Shown here: one piece after another, positions 1 through 8,800 of the stretch
Numbering within the stretch: position 1 is the stretch's first letter
How the letters are laid out: each line of letters starts with the position of its first letter
NCBI GenBank assembly: GCA_008080745.1
Contig: SHMX01000003.1
Coordinates: forward strand, 60,001-92,000
DNA length: 32,000 bases
Source: Candidatus Thorarchaeota archaeon
GTDB lineage: Archaea; Asgardarchaeota; Thorarchaeia; Thorarchaeales; Thorarchaeaceae
Reading direction: 5' to 3'
Notes under the pieces: generated by a model
What the model was told of the DNA's origin: nothing
The model's input: only the letters and a program-made list of their open reading frames with translations
Databases searched by the model: none
Made by a program: the position numbers and the translations under genes

Positions 1-1
1 A

Positions 2-400
2 GAGATACGACCATATTTCAATGCGGGATGTCTGGTTACAAGGCCGGAATCGGGTATATTCCAAAAATACTTGAACAATTTTCAGCGAGAATATTTGCGA
101 GATGATTTCAAAAGATTCTACCAGAAGAATGAACTATACATGATATTTATTCACCAAGCAATTCTCTCTGGAACGATAATATCAACCGTTCAGAAAGATA
201 TGATGGTAGAGTTACCTAGCTCATACAATTACCCAGTTCATTTACACAATGATGACAGGACGGAAAACCGTCCCAGAGTTCTTGACGATATTGTAACATT
301 CCGACATGAAGGATTTCATCAAGAAAGTGATTGGATGGATAAGATGCCAGCTTCAAGAGGATTAAAGAAATGGTTGAGTGATAGTCTAGTTCATAGATAA
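2..400 (+). CDS. Glycosyltransferase family 8-like protein, C-terminal part (5' end outside window)
   Basis: The frame of ORF 71..400 stays open to the window edge and reads EIRPYFNAGCLVTRPESGIF, resembling the GT8 YFN(S/A)G(V)LV..P motif. It is followed by HQAIL (DQ.IL-like) and YNYP.H. Confidence 0.5.
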   Translation, partial: EIRPYFNAGCLVTRPESGIFQKYLNNFQREYLRDDFKRFYQKNELYMIFIHQAILSGTIISTVQKDMMVELPSSYNYPVHLHNDDRTENRPRVLDDIVTFRHEGFHQESDWMDKMPASRGLKKWLSDSLVHR

Positions 401-595
401 ATCACATCAGATTCTCGCAAGGTGTAGATAAATTGTTACATTGGAATAGAGTCCGAAGTTTAGACCAGCTACACCTACTCGATTATCCTTTAGTTTGGCA
501 TTAAGTATTCTTTCTGCGACAGAATGATCATCTATGATTAGGAGCTTATTTTCCGATACAAAATCATGGTTGGAATTCTAAAATCTGGAATATGT

Positions 596-973
596 CTAAG
601 AGGTTTCAGATTCCTCTTGCATCTTAGCCCGGACCATATCTATCAGTTCATCAACAGAAGACACGCTGTTCATCTTTTCAGCTGAAATGAAATAGGAAAG
701 CTTTCCATTCTTCAGCAAAAAGGCAGAAGGAAAAGAAGGATTATCAAAGTTGTGTCTATTATTGAACTCGTCCTTATGCAAAATCTCCACAGAGATGTCC
801 AAGGAGTCAAGGAAACTCTTCCATTCACTTATCATACCTGTATTGTTGTAGGTGACTGCACAGAGATTGCACTGATAGGTATCCGGAGAAATTAACCTAT
901 GAAAGAAATCCTTGGTAGCATTCAGAATCCCACTATCAGCGTTATAAACGAAAATGATTTTCGAATTTGGCAT
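596..973 (-). CDS. Conserved hypothetical protein with CxxC motif (IFVYNADSG...YQCNLC family)
   Basis: Start moved to the ATG at 973 (MPNSKIIFVYNADSG). It carries YNADSG, SPDTYQCNLCAVTY and EILHKDEF, a pattern I recognise from a bacterial hypothetical family. No P-loop. Confidence 0.7.
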   Translation of the reverse strand: MPNSKIIFVYNADSGILNATKDFFHRLISPDTYQCNLCAVTYNNTGMISEWKSFLDSLDISVEILHKDEFNNRHNFDNPSFPSAFLLKNGKLSYFISAEKMNSVSSVDELIDMVRAKMQEESETS

Positions 974-1096
974 GGTAAAAGATAGGGAGAAACCTATTTG
1001 AATAAATGCTTTGAAGATATTCCATATAGATAACCTCCATCTTGTAGAAAATGACATCATTAGTTGACATAAAGTTCCAAAGGAAAATGAAATTCT

Positions 1097-2344
1097 ATGG
1101 TAAGAGAACTTCTATGGATAGATAAAGATCGAAGACTCAACGAACTAGAGATTCCAGATACTCTATTAGAACTTGATTTAGAACATATGGAAATCATGGA
1201 GATAGACCTTGAGCCATTGAGAGGTCTAGAAAATCTGGAAATGATCAACCTATCAAATAATCCAATAGAGTATATAGACCTTGAAGCCATAGCAGAATGT
1301 CCCAGCTTAAAAGCGCTAAAGCTCGCATATACCAACCTGGACAAGATTGATCTGTTACCATTTAAAGAAAATACCGAGTTGGAGGTATTTGACATCAAAT
1401 ATACAGATGTCAGCGAATTGGATCTTACCGCATTTTCAAATTGTACAAAACTGAGAGAACTACGTCTTGAATTTACCGAAATTCACAATCTTGATTTAGC
1501 ACCTTTAGTTCATTGTAAAAATTTGGAGTTCTTTTCAATAACATCACCAGAGGTTCTAGATTTTACGGTTTTTGCAGGACGTGATAAGCTGAGCGTTCCT
1601 GACACAGACTTTGTAGGTGACCCTCCGCATCTTGTCACATTTATTGGAGAAGAGCATTATCCCAATCTATCCCGTCGTGATATCAATTCTCATTTTCCAG
1701 TAATTTTTACTAGTCTTGATGTTATTGTAGAGATTCTTCCTCTTATCCAGAACCAAACTGAAACTTGGAAGTATATTCATCTATTTTGGAATATATGCAG
1801 ACTTACGGGTTTGGGTATGCTAGGCTTAGTTGAAGCTGACTTCGAACTGATATCTGATATGATAGGAGCTCGTGATTCACCAGATGCTCTCAGAGAAATT
1901 GTACTAGACAAGGTTCTGAACCATCTTGATAAAGGAGGAACAACATTGGGTTTAGACCTAGATTCTGCTTTGAAATATTCAGAAATCGCAATAAGAACGC
2001 CTCAAATTCTTGAGCAACGAAATAAAGAAATCAAAGAATTTCTCATCCCACAGAAGCCTAAGTTTCGGGATTTCCTATATTTATGGATTACTTCCTTTGG
2101 ATTCCGTATTCTTACTAAAATCAAACCAGCTAATTGGGATAATATCTCAAAAGAACTAACTAAAGAAATTATAAACGAATTAGAAAAAAATGGAATACCT
2201 ATTCAAAGAGTACCAATAGACGAATTTCAACACTCTCAGATTTCTTGGGGACCAATTCAGGATTACATCAAATTGTTGCTAGAAATGAAATACTATCAAA
2301 ATATGCCGTGGGCTATTTTTGAGATACTTGCGGGATTAAATTAA
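1097..2344 (+). CDS. Leucine-rich repeat protein with uncharacterised C-terminal domain
   Basis: About five 24-aa LRR units (e.g. ENLEMINLSNNPIEYIDLEAIAEC, TKLRELRLEFTEIHNLDLAPLVHC), then a non-repeat region of roughly 260 aa. No signal peptide. Confidence 0.85.
   Translation: MVRELLWIDKDRRLNELEIPDTLLELDLEHMEIMEIDLEPLRGLENLEMINLSNNPIEYIDLEAIAECPSLKALKLAYTNLDKIDLLPFKENTELEVFDIKYTDVSELDLTAFSNCTKLRELRLEFTEIHNLDLAPLVHCKNLEFFSITSPEVLDFTVFAGRDKLSVPDTDFVGDPPHLVTFIGEEHYPNLSRRDINSHFPVIFTSLDVIVEILPLIQNQTETWKYIHLFWNICRLTGLGMLGLVEADFELISDMIGARDSPDALREIVLDKVLNHLDKGGTTLGLDLDSALKYSEIAIRTPQILEQRNKEIKEFLIPQKPKFRDFLYLWITSFGFRILTKIKPANWDNISKELTKEIINELEKNGIPIQRVPIDEFQHSQISWGPIQDYIKLLLEMKYYQNMPWAIFEILAGLN
1163..1540 (+). 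repeat. LRR array, 24-aa period (protein-level repeat)
   Basis: LxxLxLxx(N/T)xIxxIDLxPL pattern repeated in the translation. No obvious DNA-level tandem identity. Confidence 0.8.
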
Positions 2345-2780
2345 TTGGCGGATTATTCATTAAGAGGTCGAGTCGTTTTTCCTCCTCTAGTACAGAGAGC
2401 AGATATAGGATCGGTGAGCAAACACGGTATGCTCATAACACCTGAATATGGACCAAGAGTGATGTTAGCTGCAATTTAATAAGTATCAACAACCTTCCTT
2501 TCACACATGAAAATACACATAACTGGATTTCTGAATACTGTGTTCTATGTCGACGATGATAAAGGAATGTCCATTTCAGGCAATCCTTGAAGAAGCTATT
2601 GTCAACGATTCCAGCCTCATAACAAAATTCAGACAAAACGAATGTTTTGAGTACTTTGTGCAGTATTATGGCTGTTCGACCTATGCTAAGGTCGGTCTGT
2701 TTTCAAAAGGCATGAATGCATTTACTGGATTAATAACGGTCGTGGAAAAAAGAAAAATCAGTGAATTAATGAAATCATAA
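2345..2780 (+). pseudogene. Decayed reductive-dehalogenase/epoxyqueuosine-reductase-like 4Fe-4S dicluster gene fragment
   Basis: Three frames join into one protein. 2345-2476 reads FPPLVQRADIGSVSKHGMLITPEYGPRVMLAAI; 2479-2556 reads ISINNLPFTHENTHNWISEYCVLCRR; 2559-2780 reads IKECPFQAI...ECFEYFVQYYGCSTYAKVGLFSK. Two apparent 1-nt deletions, and the second cluster motif has lost two Cys. Confidence 0.75.
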
Positions 2781-2847
2781 GAATATAACTCGAAAAGTAA
2801 TCATAATACTATTATATCGCCAATAATGCCAAAATTTGTGATTCACA

Positions 2848-3159
2848 TTGTCTCAAGAGCAAAGTACACTTCAGAAATATATTCCACATCTCATTATTCT
2901 CTCTGTTTTATTGGTAATAGAATACTGGGCGTTCATGACACAGATATCATCTTTCACCCTTAGTGGAGACTATGGTCCTATATTGGGAATAATTTCTATG
3001 GTAGGTCTTGTACTATTCACCATTATTGTTTTAGGATTCTACACAATTATCAGTGACTCAGATAAGTATAAGCTAATGGTAAAACTAAGCCTTTTTGTTT
3101 TCCTCATCCAAATGTTCTTGCTGTTCATAGGTTACGTATTCATTGCAACAAACATGTAA
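2848..3159 (+). CDS. Small membrane protein (about 3 TM helices), unknown function
   Basis: 103-aa ORF with TTG start and three hydrophobic segments. TATA-like TTATAT about 30 nt upstream. Confidence 0.65.
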   Translation: MSQEQSTLQKYIPHLIILSVLLVIEYWAFMTQISSFTLSGDYGPILGIISMVGLVLFTIIVLGFYTIISDSDKYKLMVKLSLFVFLIQMFLLFIGYVFIATNM

Positions 3160-3192
3160 TGAAAAGGAAAAGAAGAATAGTATTCTAATTGT

Positions 3193-3224
3193 AAGGGGAG
3201 AGTTTCCAATACTCTCTCCTTTTA
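3193..3224 (+). terminator. Hairpin followed by short T tract
   Basis: AAGGGGAGAGT-TTCCAAT-ACTCTCTCCTT (11-bp stem with one G-U) then TTT, about 33 nt after the stop at 3159. Confidence 0.35.
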
Positions 3225-3318
3225 GTTTTACAAAGTAAAACAGTGTTCATATCAATTTATTTTTTGAAATGTCAAAAATTTTTATCCAAAAGAAAAGGAT
3301 CGGTAGCAGTGAGATATA

Positions 3319-3740
3319 ATGATACGAGAGGCAGTTGGTGCAATTGTCTATAAAGGCGATAAGTTTCTTTTAGTTGGAAAGTAAAAATGATGGATTTACC
3401 TAATGGTCTAACCGATATTCCATTTCAATAGCATATCCCTGGGGGAGAAGTATTGGAAGGGGAAAAACCTCTTGAGGCGATGAAAAGAAAACTTTTAGAA
3501 GAAACAAGTTCAGAACAATTTAAGATTATTAAACAATTAAATAAGAGAACCCAATTCAAATTTCCAAAAGAAATCCAAGAAAAAGTAGGATACGATAAAC
3601 AAGAAACCATTGTGTATTTGGTAGAGTATATGGGAGATGGAGATGCTTTAGTTCCAATTGATGATGAGATAGATAGAATTGAATTTATTACAAAAGATGC
3701 GCTTTTCGAGGGAATATTTGTAGAAGAAACGCGAAAATAG
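3319..3740 (+). pseudogene. NUDIX hydrolase pseudogene
   Basis: ATG at 3319 gives MIREAVGAIVYKGDKFLLVGK then TAA (3382). A -1 shift continues VKMMDLPNGLTDIPFQ*HIPGGEVLEGEKPLEAMKRKLLEETS, with an in-frame TAG at 3429-3431 where NUDIX proteins have W. The Nudix box is degenerate (REL to RKL, EETG to EETS). Confidence 0.8.
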
Positions 3741-3776
3741 CTTGTAGGAAAAATATCTAATGTTCTCGTCTAGTTT

Positions 3777-5222
3777 CTATACTACTATTTTTCTAGCACT
3801 GATGCAATTTAGTATCTCTTCATCAATCACATTAAAAGAAGACTCCGAGTATGAGAGAATATTTTTTTCACAATGATAAGATTCTCCATTTGCATACAAA
3901 AAAGTTGCATCTGGAGATTCATACTCGATTACTCCTTCGACCATAGTCATTAGTACATCCAGGTTTACCAGCTCATTAGCAGGAATCGAAACTGGATTTT
4001 TAGATAATACAACCAAATCAGCTAATTTTCCAACCGTTATACTCCCCTTGATATCTTCTTGAAAAGTACCATATGCAGCATCAATAGTCAGTAAACGAAG
4101 AGCTTGCTCTATTGTGAGTTTCTGATTCAACATCCAGTCTGTAGGTGTTAGGTTATTTATACCAATACGAGTGACTGCCATAGAAAGAATTTTTGGTACA
4201 GAACGAATATCTAGTTGATTCCAGGGATAATCACTGCTTCCAATTGCGGGAGCACCAGATTCTACTACATCTCTCCATCTCGCAACTAGGTTAGAATTTT
4301 GTTCTAAAAGGGGAAAAGAACCGGCCTGTTTCCAGTCTGATGTGAACCAAGTAAGCTGAAATGAAGGGAGAATTTCAAGATTTCTGATTCTATCAATCTG
4401 ATCATCTCGAAGATAGATCAAATGTTCAATTCGATGACGAAATATACTATTTGATTCAGCATTTAAAACGGATTCATAGACATCAAGTACAACATCTGTA
4501 GAGTTGTCCAATACGCTGTGGATAGCAACCTGAAATCCCAAATCATGAGCTTCCTGCACCAAACTTTTCAGTTCAGAGAAATTAAAATAATGAATAGGTC
4601 TTACATATGAACCATCCATGAATAGTTTTACACCTCCGATTCGCAATTTCGAACTGAATTCTTGCCCTGGCTGATACGCTTTGTACCAATCTCCAAAACG
4701 ATCAAATTGCCAACTTAGTGGAAGATACGCATTTACATGTACTCGAAGAGCATTCTCCTGGTCAAGTGCTCGTAATTCATCTAACCGATCTTGATCGACA
4801 AAGAGTTCAGATACACTTGTCCAACCTGATTCAAGTAAATGATTGACAACTTCGTTCATATTATCTATACTAGTAAGAGCCCTATCACCAAAATCATGAG
4901 TATGCGAGTCAATGAAGCCAGGTAGAATGGTCTTTCCACCCATATCAATAAGAGTCGTATTTGCACCCTGCATAGCGAGAATCTCAGAATCGGATCCAAC
5001 AGCAATGATAGAATCATTGTGTATCGCAATCGCCTCGGCTTGAGCAGGAGAACTTTCCATTGTGATTACTTTAGCATTGTATAATATCATATCGGGTTCC
5101 TGTGTCACTAGTGAATCCAATGATATCCGTAAAAAAACAAATCCTATAGAACCTATCAGGATTATAAGAGCAATTACAATCCACATTCTAGATCTTACAG
5201 TAGACATTGTTATCTTCACCAA
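3777..5222 (-). CDS. Metal-dependent amidohydrolase (YtcJ/Amidohydro_3-like) with N-terminal membrane anchor
   Basis: Motifs KTILPGFIDSHTH, GGVKLFMDGS, GFQVAIH, RHRIEH, SSDYP and GSITVGKLADLVVL. N-terminal hydrophobic helix WIVIALIILIGSIGFVFL. The true start may be the ATG at 5207. Confidence 0.9.
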   Translation of the reverse strand: MVKITMSTVRSRMWIVIALIILIGSIGFVFLRISLDSLVTQEPDMILYNAKVITMESSPAQAEAIAIHNDSIIAVGSDSEILAMQGANTTLIDMGGKTILPGFIDSHTHDFGDRALTSIDNMNEVVNHLLESGWTSVSELFVDQDRLDELRALDQENALRVHVNAYLPLSWQFDRFGDWYKAYQPGQEFSSKLRIGGVKLFMDGSYVRPIHYFNFSELKSLVQEAHDLGFQVAIHSVLDNSTDVVLDVYESVLNAESNSIFRHRIEHLIYLRDDQIDRIRNLEILPSFQLTWFTSDWKQAGSFPLLEQNSNLVARWRDVVESGAPAIGSSDYPWNQLDIRSVPKILSMAVTRIGINNLTPTDWMLNQKLTIEQALRLLTIDAAYGTFQEDIKGSITVGKLADLVVLSKNPVSIPANELVNLDVLMTMVEGVIEYESPDATFLYANGESYHCEKNILSYSESSFNVIDEEILNCISARKIVV

Positions 5223-5386
5223 TACAAATGACAGAATATTAGAAAGTCTATTCTAATAATGGTGTAAATCTCGATATATGAATGTATAGTATTATTTCCA
5301 AATAACAAGAACATTCCAACTTGAACTAAAAAAAGCGAAGACTTTTACTAGAATAAAACCATACTATATGCATCATAGATTGGACT

Positions 5387-5824
5387 TTGCATGCGCTGCC
5401 ACCAAGGAGTCCAAATCAAATGGGCACAGTATGGTTTATAGCCAAAGAATACCTGAAACGGCTTGAGGTCGATTTCGAGGAACATGGGAGAAAAACATTT
5501 AGTCTCTATCCTTTTGGGCAGACTAAAACTGAACAAATTGAGATTTTCCCAGGCACACACTGGATTACATTAACTACAAGATTACAGGACATCTCGGATT
5601 TGCCCGAAGATACCAAACAAGATTTTTGTCAGATATTATTGAAAGCAAATGCCAAACTCGCTGAGGTTAGTTTTGGGATTGATAAGAAGGATTGTGTCAT
5701 AATTCGAAATGCAATTCCTGTTGTGGGAATCAGCTATGACTCGTTTAATGCTACATATGAAGCACATAAGAATGGTGTTAAATTCTATCAAAAAAGTCTT
5801 GCACAAAAAGTTGAATCGAAATAA
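5387..5824 (+). CDS. YbjN-like / type III chaperone-fold protein (tentative)
   Basis: 145 aa. The pattern WITLTTRL...FCQILLKANAKLAEVSFGID fits the YbjN LL..N......F..D signature. Confidence 0.55.
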   Translation: MHALPPRSPNQMGTVWFIAKEYLKRLEVDFEEHGRKTFSLYPFGQTKTEQIEIFPGTHWITLTTRLQDISDLPEDTKQDFCQILLKANAKLAEVSFGIDKKDCVIIRNAIPVVGISYDSFNATYEAHKNGVKFYQKSLAQKVESK

Positions 5825-5851
5825 AAGGAGAGAAGAGGGGACAAGCCCCTC
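5821..5851 (-). terminator. Hairpin plus pyrimidine tract after the 1968-aa gene
   Basis: Minus strand GAGGGG-CTTGT-CCCCTC then TTCTCTCCTTTTAT, 7 nt after the TAG. Confidence 0.5.
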
Positions 5852-5858
5852 ATTTATG

Positions 5859-8800
5859 CTATTTCTTCCGTCGAGATGCTAGTATGACTACTAGTATTAC
5901 GACAACACCAGCACCACCAAGCAGAATCAAAAGATCCATTGGTAGTTCGCCACCAGGATTCTCAGGTCCTGTTGGAGAGGTAGTGGTCACGGTTACAACA
6001 CCTTGACCTACAATGTAGGAACCAACCTGTGATGGGTAGTTCTGACCATCAGCTACAACTAGTACTTTGAAGAATACTTGAGTGCCATCTGGGAATGCCT
6101 CAATGATACCGGTCCAGTGAGAACCGTATTCATTGTTCATATCAACCATAGTCCATGTTGATTCATCCGTATTGATTCCGTACAGAAGGTAGACGTCGTA
6201 ATTCTCTACATCAGTAAATATGTCAACACCAATCTCCACATTATCAGTAGAGGTCGGTATGCTTGGACTGACAGAGAAGGTTGAAAACTCAACACCGGTA
6301 ATGGGGCCTCCTTGAGAACCACCATTTGCTGATGTATAACCGACAAAGACTGGGTCCTGATAGACACTATAGCCATCCCACTCAGGGAAGCCAATTGTCA
6401 CATAGAACATGTTACTGCTGAATGACCAACCAGTAGCGCTCTGTCCATTCTGAGATTGGAATGCAGTCTGGAAAGTATTCATGGGAGTAGTATAACTCAA
6501 CACGTCATAGCGTTGAGATGTGTTCTTACCCCAATCATATGCCACACCGCCCATTATCATCTCAGCGAACTTAGCGCCTGATGTAGCAAAGTCAAACGTA
6601 GCAGAAGACACGGTCATATCAGACGTTGCTTCTGTCCCATTAGCATTGACTGTATAATAGTCGCTCATGGTTACGTCGGCAAAGTAGTTCAAAGCTAAGG
6701 ATCGATTAACTAAGTTATCACGTCCACCACTACGATCGACATCCCAGTTTCCAACATAGTTGTCTACTTTGATATCCGCATAGTTATTGATTGCACCTGC
6801 GGTCTCATTAATGTGACCCTGGAAATGTACGAGGAAGGAGAGTTCATCTATTGAAATCTTGGTAGGACGTTCATCAAAGGTTCTCAAGTCAGAACCTTCT
6901 TGAATACCATCGTACCAACCCCAATATCCTCTTAGAGTATATGGAAATACGGTTCCATTGACCTCATTGAATGTTACACCCCATGTGACCTCATCGGTCA
7001 GATTAAGACGCATATAATCACTCTCGTTGGTATTACCATATGCAACACCAGGAGTAACAAATTCGACACTATTAACAGAGTCAGGAATCAAATAGTGAGA
7101 TAGCTCACCACTACCTGGATCTGTAAGGTCGACATCCATTTGGTCGTTCTTGTTCTCATCTTCCCAAATCATTAGACCACTGTATTCATAATGCATGTTG
7201 ATACCAAGCCAGTGCTCAATATCATCTTCTATGTATGAAGTACCATAATCCTGTCCGACACCGAAACTTAGCCAGGTCCATGATTGCTCATTAGAGGTAA
7301 TCCAATCCCAACCATTGGCCTCTGCCTCAGCTACGATATCAGTCCATGTGACATTCTTAGCCATCCATGACAAATCCCAGTAACCTGGTTGTGGATCTCC
7401 TTCTTCAGTTAGGAGAGTAGCAGTCACATCAGCCATCTCGCTCTCGCTAAGTGGACTAAATGTGTTCGCATCATACCAATAGAAGGTCTGATTCCATTCG
7501 TAAGTCCAGGTAAATGTGTCAAGTCCCATCCATGAATGGATGTCCATATTATCACCATATAATGTGGCATTGGGATCCCAATCAATGTGTACCGACATAC
7601 GGTCCCATGTATGGGTCCAACTGTCAGTGGAAGAGTATTCCTCCTTCACAAAGTATTGGTCAGTAGTAGTATCGAGATTACCATCGAGGTCCAGAGCACC
7701 ATTATCAGGGTTGGTTGTCCAACTCTGAACACCCCACATACCCCAACGAGGTACACCGATTACAAGTTCATTGAAGTTCTTGTTTACAGTACTATCGATT
7801 GGCTCAAGTCCGTATACCATTGGGTGACCCCAACGCTGTCGAACTCTCTTGATACTCTCCAAGCTAGCAGCAGCGGTAACCTCTGTTCCATCGTAGGTGA
7901 AGTTAAACATTGGACGAGTACCTCGTTCCATGTTCAAGAAAATGTCACCAGACGCTGTGGCATTAACAAGCCTGAAGGACCAGAAACTGTATCCGTACCA
8001 TAAATGCTCGTAGGTCTCGCCATTGAAGTCAAAGACCCAATCAGCGAGGGTATCGTTGTAGTAGGTGTATGCCATATAGGTAGCAACTCTTGGAAGTTGT
8101 ATCCAATCGGTCAGATTGACCCAAGTACCATTCAAAGCCTTGTAGTAGTAATAGGTGACATTGTCAATGAAGTTTGACTCGGGATATGTCATCTGTGAAT
8201 AGAAGGTTGTTCCATTCAGGTCATATTCATTAATTCTGAAGACATATGTTTCTTGAACTAGCCAGTCAGTATTGTTACTTACTAGATCGAGATAACGGTA
8301 GGTGTCATTGTATTCCTTTGGCCAATTTGAATCGGGCCATATTGGTTCATATTGAATAGACTCCATGACCGTAAATCCAAGATTGTCATTGAAAGTTCCA
8401 ATGTCTCCCGAACGACCCACCATATATGGATTCCATATATCTGTACCATTTGCACTAGTGTAGTGCATGTTTGGATATTCATCCAGATTGTAGGCGGTAC
8501 CACCGACATCTATCCATGCATCGAATTCCGTCATGTTATACACTGGATAGTATGTACCAAGATACTTAGCGAATTTTAGAGTAGGTACCTTTCCACCGTC
8601 AGTATCAACATATTCCATATGACTATGCCATTCTGCGTTAGCACCATCATAAGGCATCTCGTACTGGACAGCATCAATCTCTGTAAACCAAGATCTATGT
8701 ACCCGCCAGCTCTCAAGAACAAATGTTCTCTCAAAACCATCATAATCCATACTATAGTAGTGTAAAGGATAACTGATGTATGTTAGAACTCCATCAATGG

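Noticed and set aside
410-580. Open stretch of about 55 codons on the minus strand between the GT8-like and CxxC genes
   Set aside because: No start codon and no recognisable motif.
2837-2847. TGTGA-T-TCACA resembling a CRP site
   Set aside because: The spacer is 1 nt rather than 6, and the context is archaeal.
3429-3431. In-frame TAG in the NUDIX gene as pyrrolysine or stop-codon recoding
   Set aside because: The same gene has a frameshift and a degraded Nudix box, TGG to TAG is a single change, and TAG ends many intact genes in this window.
5237-5258. 8-bp inverted repeat TATTAGAA-N6-TTCTAATA upstream of the amidohydrolase
   Set aside because: Very AT-rich, single occurrence and no regulator nearby; it could be an operator but is unsupported.
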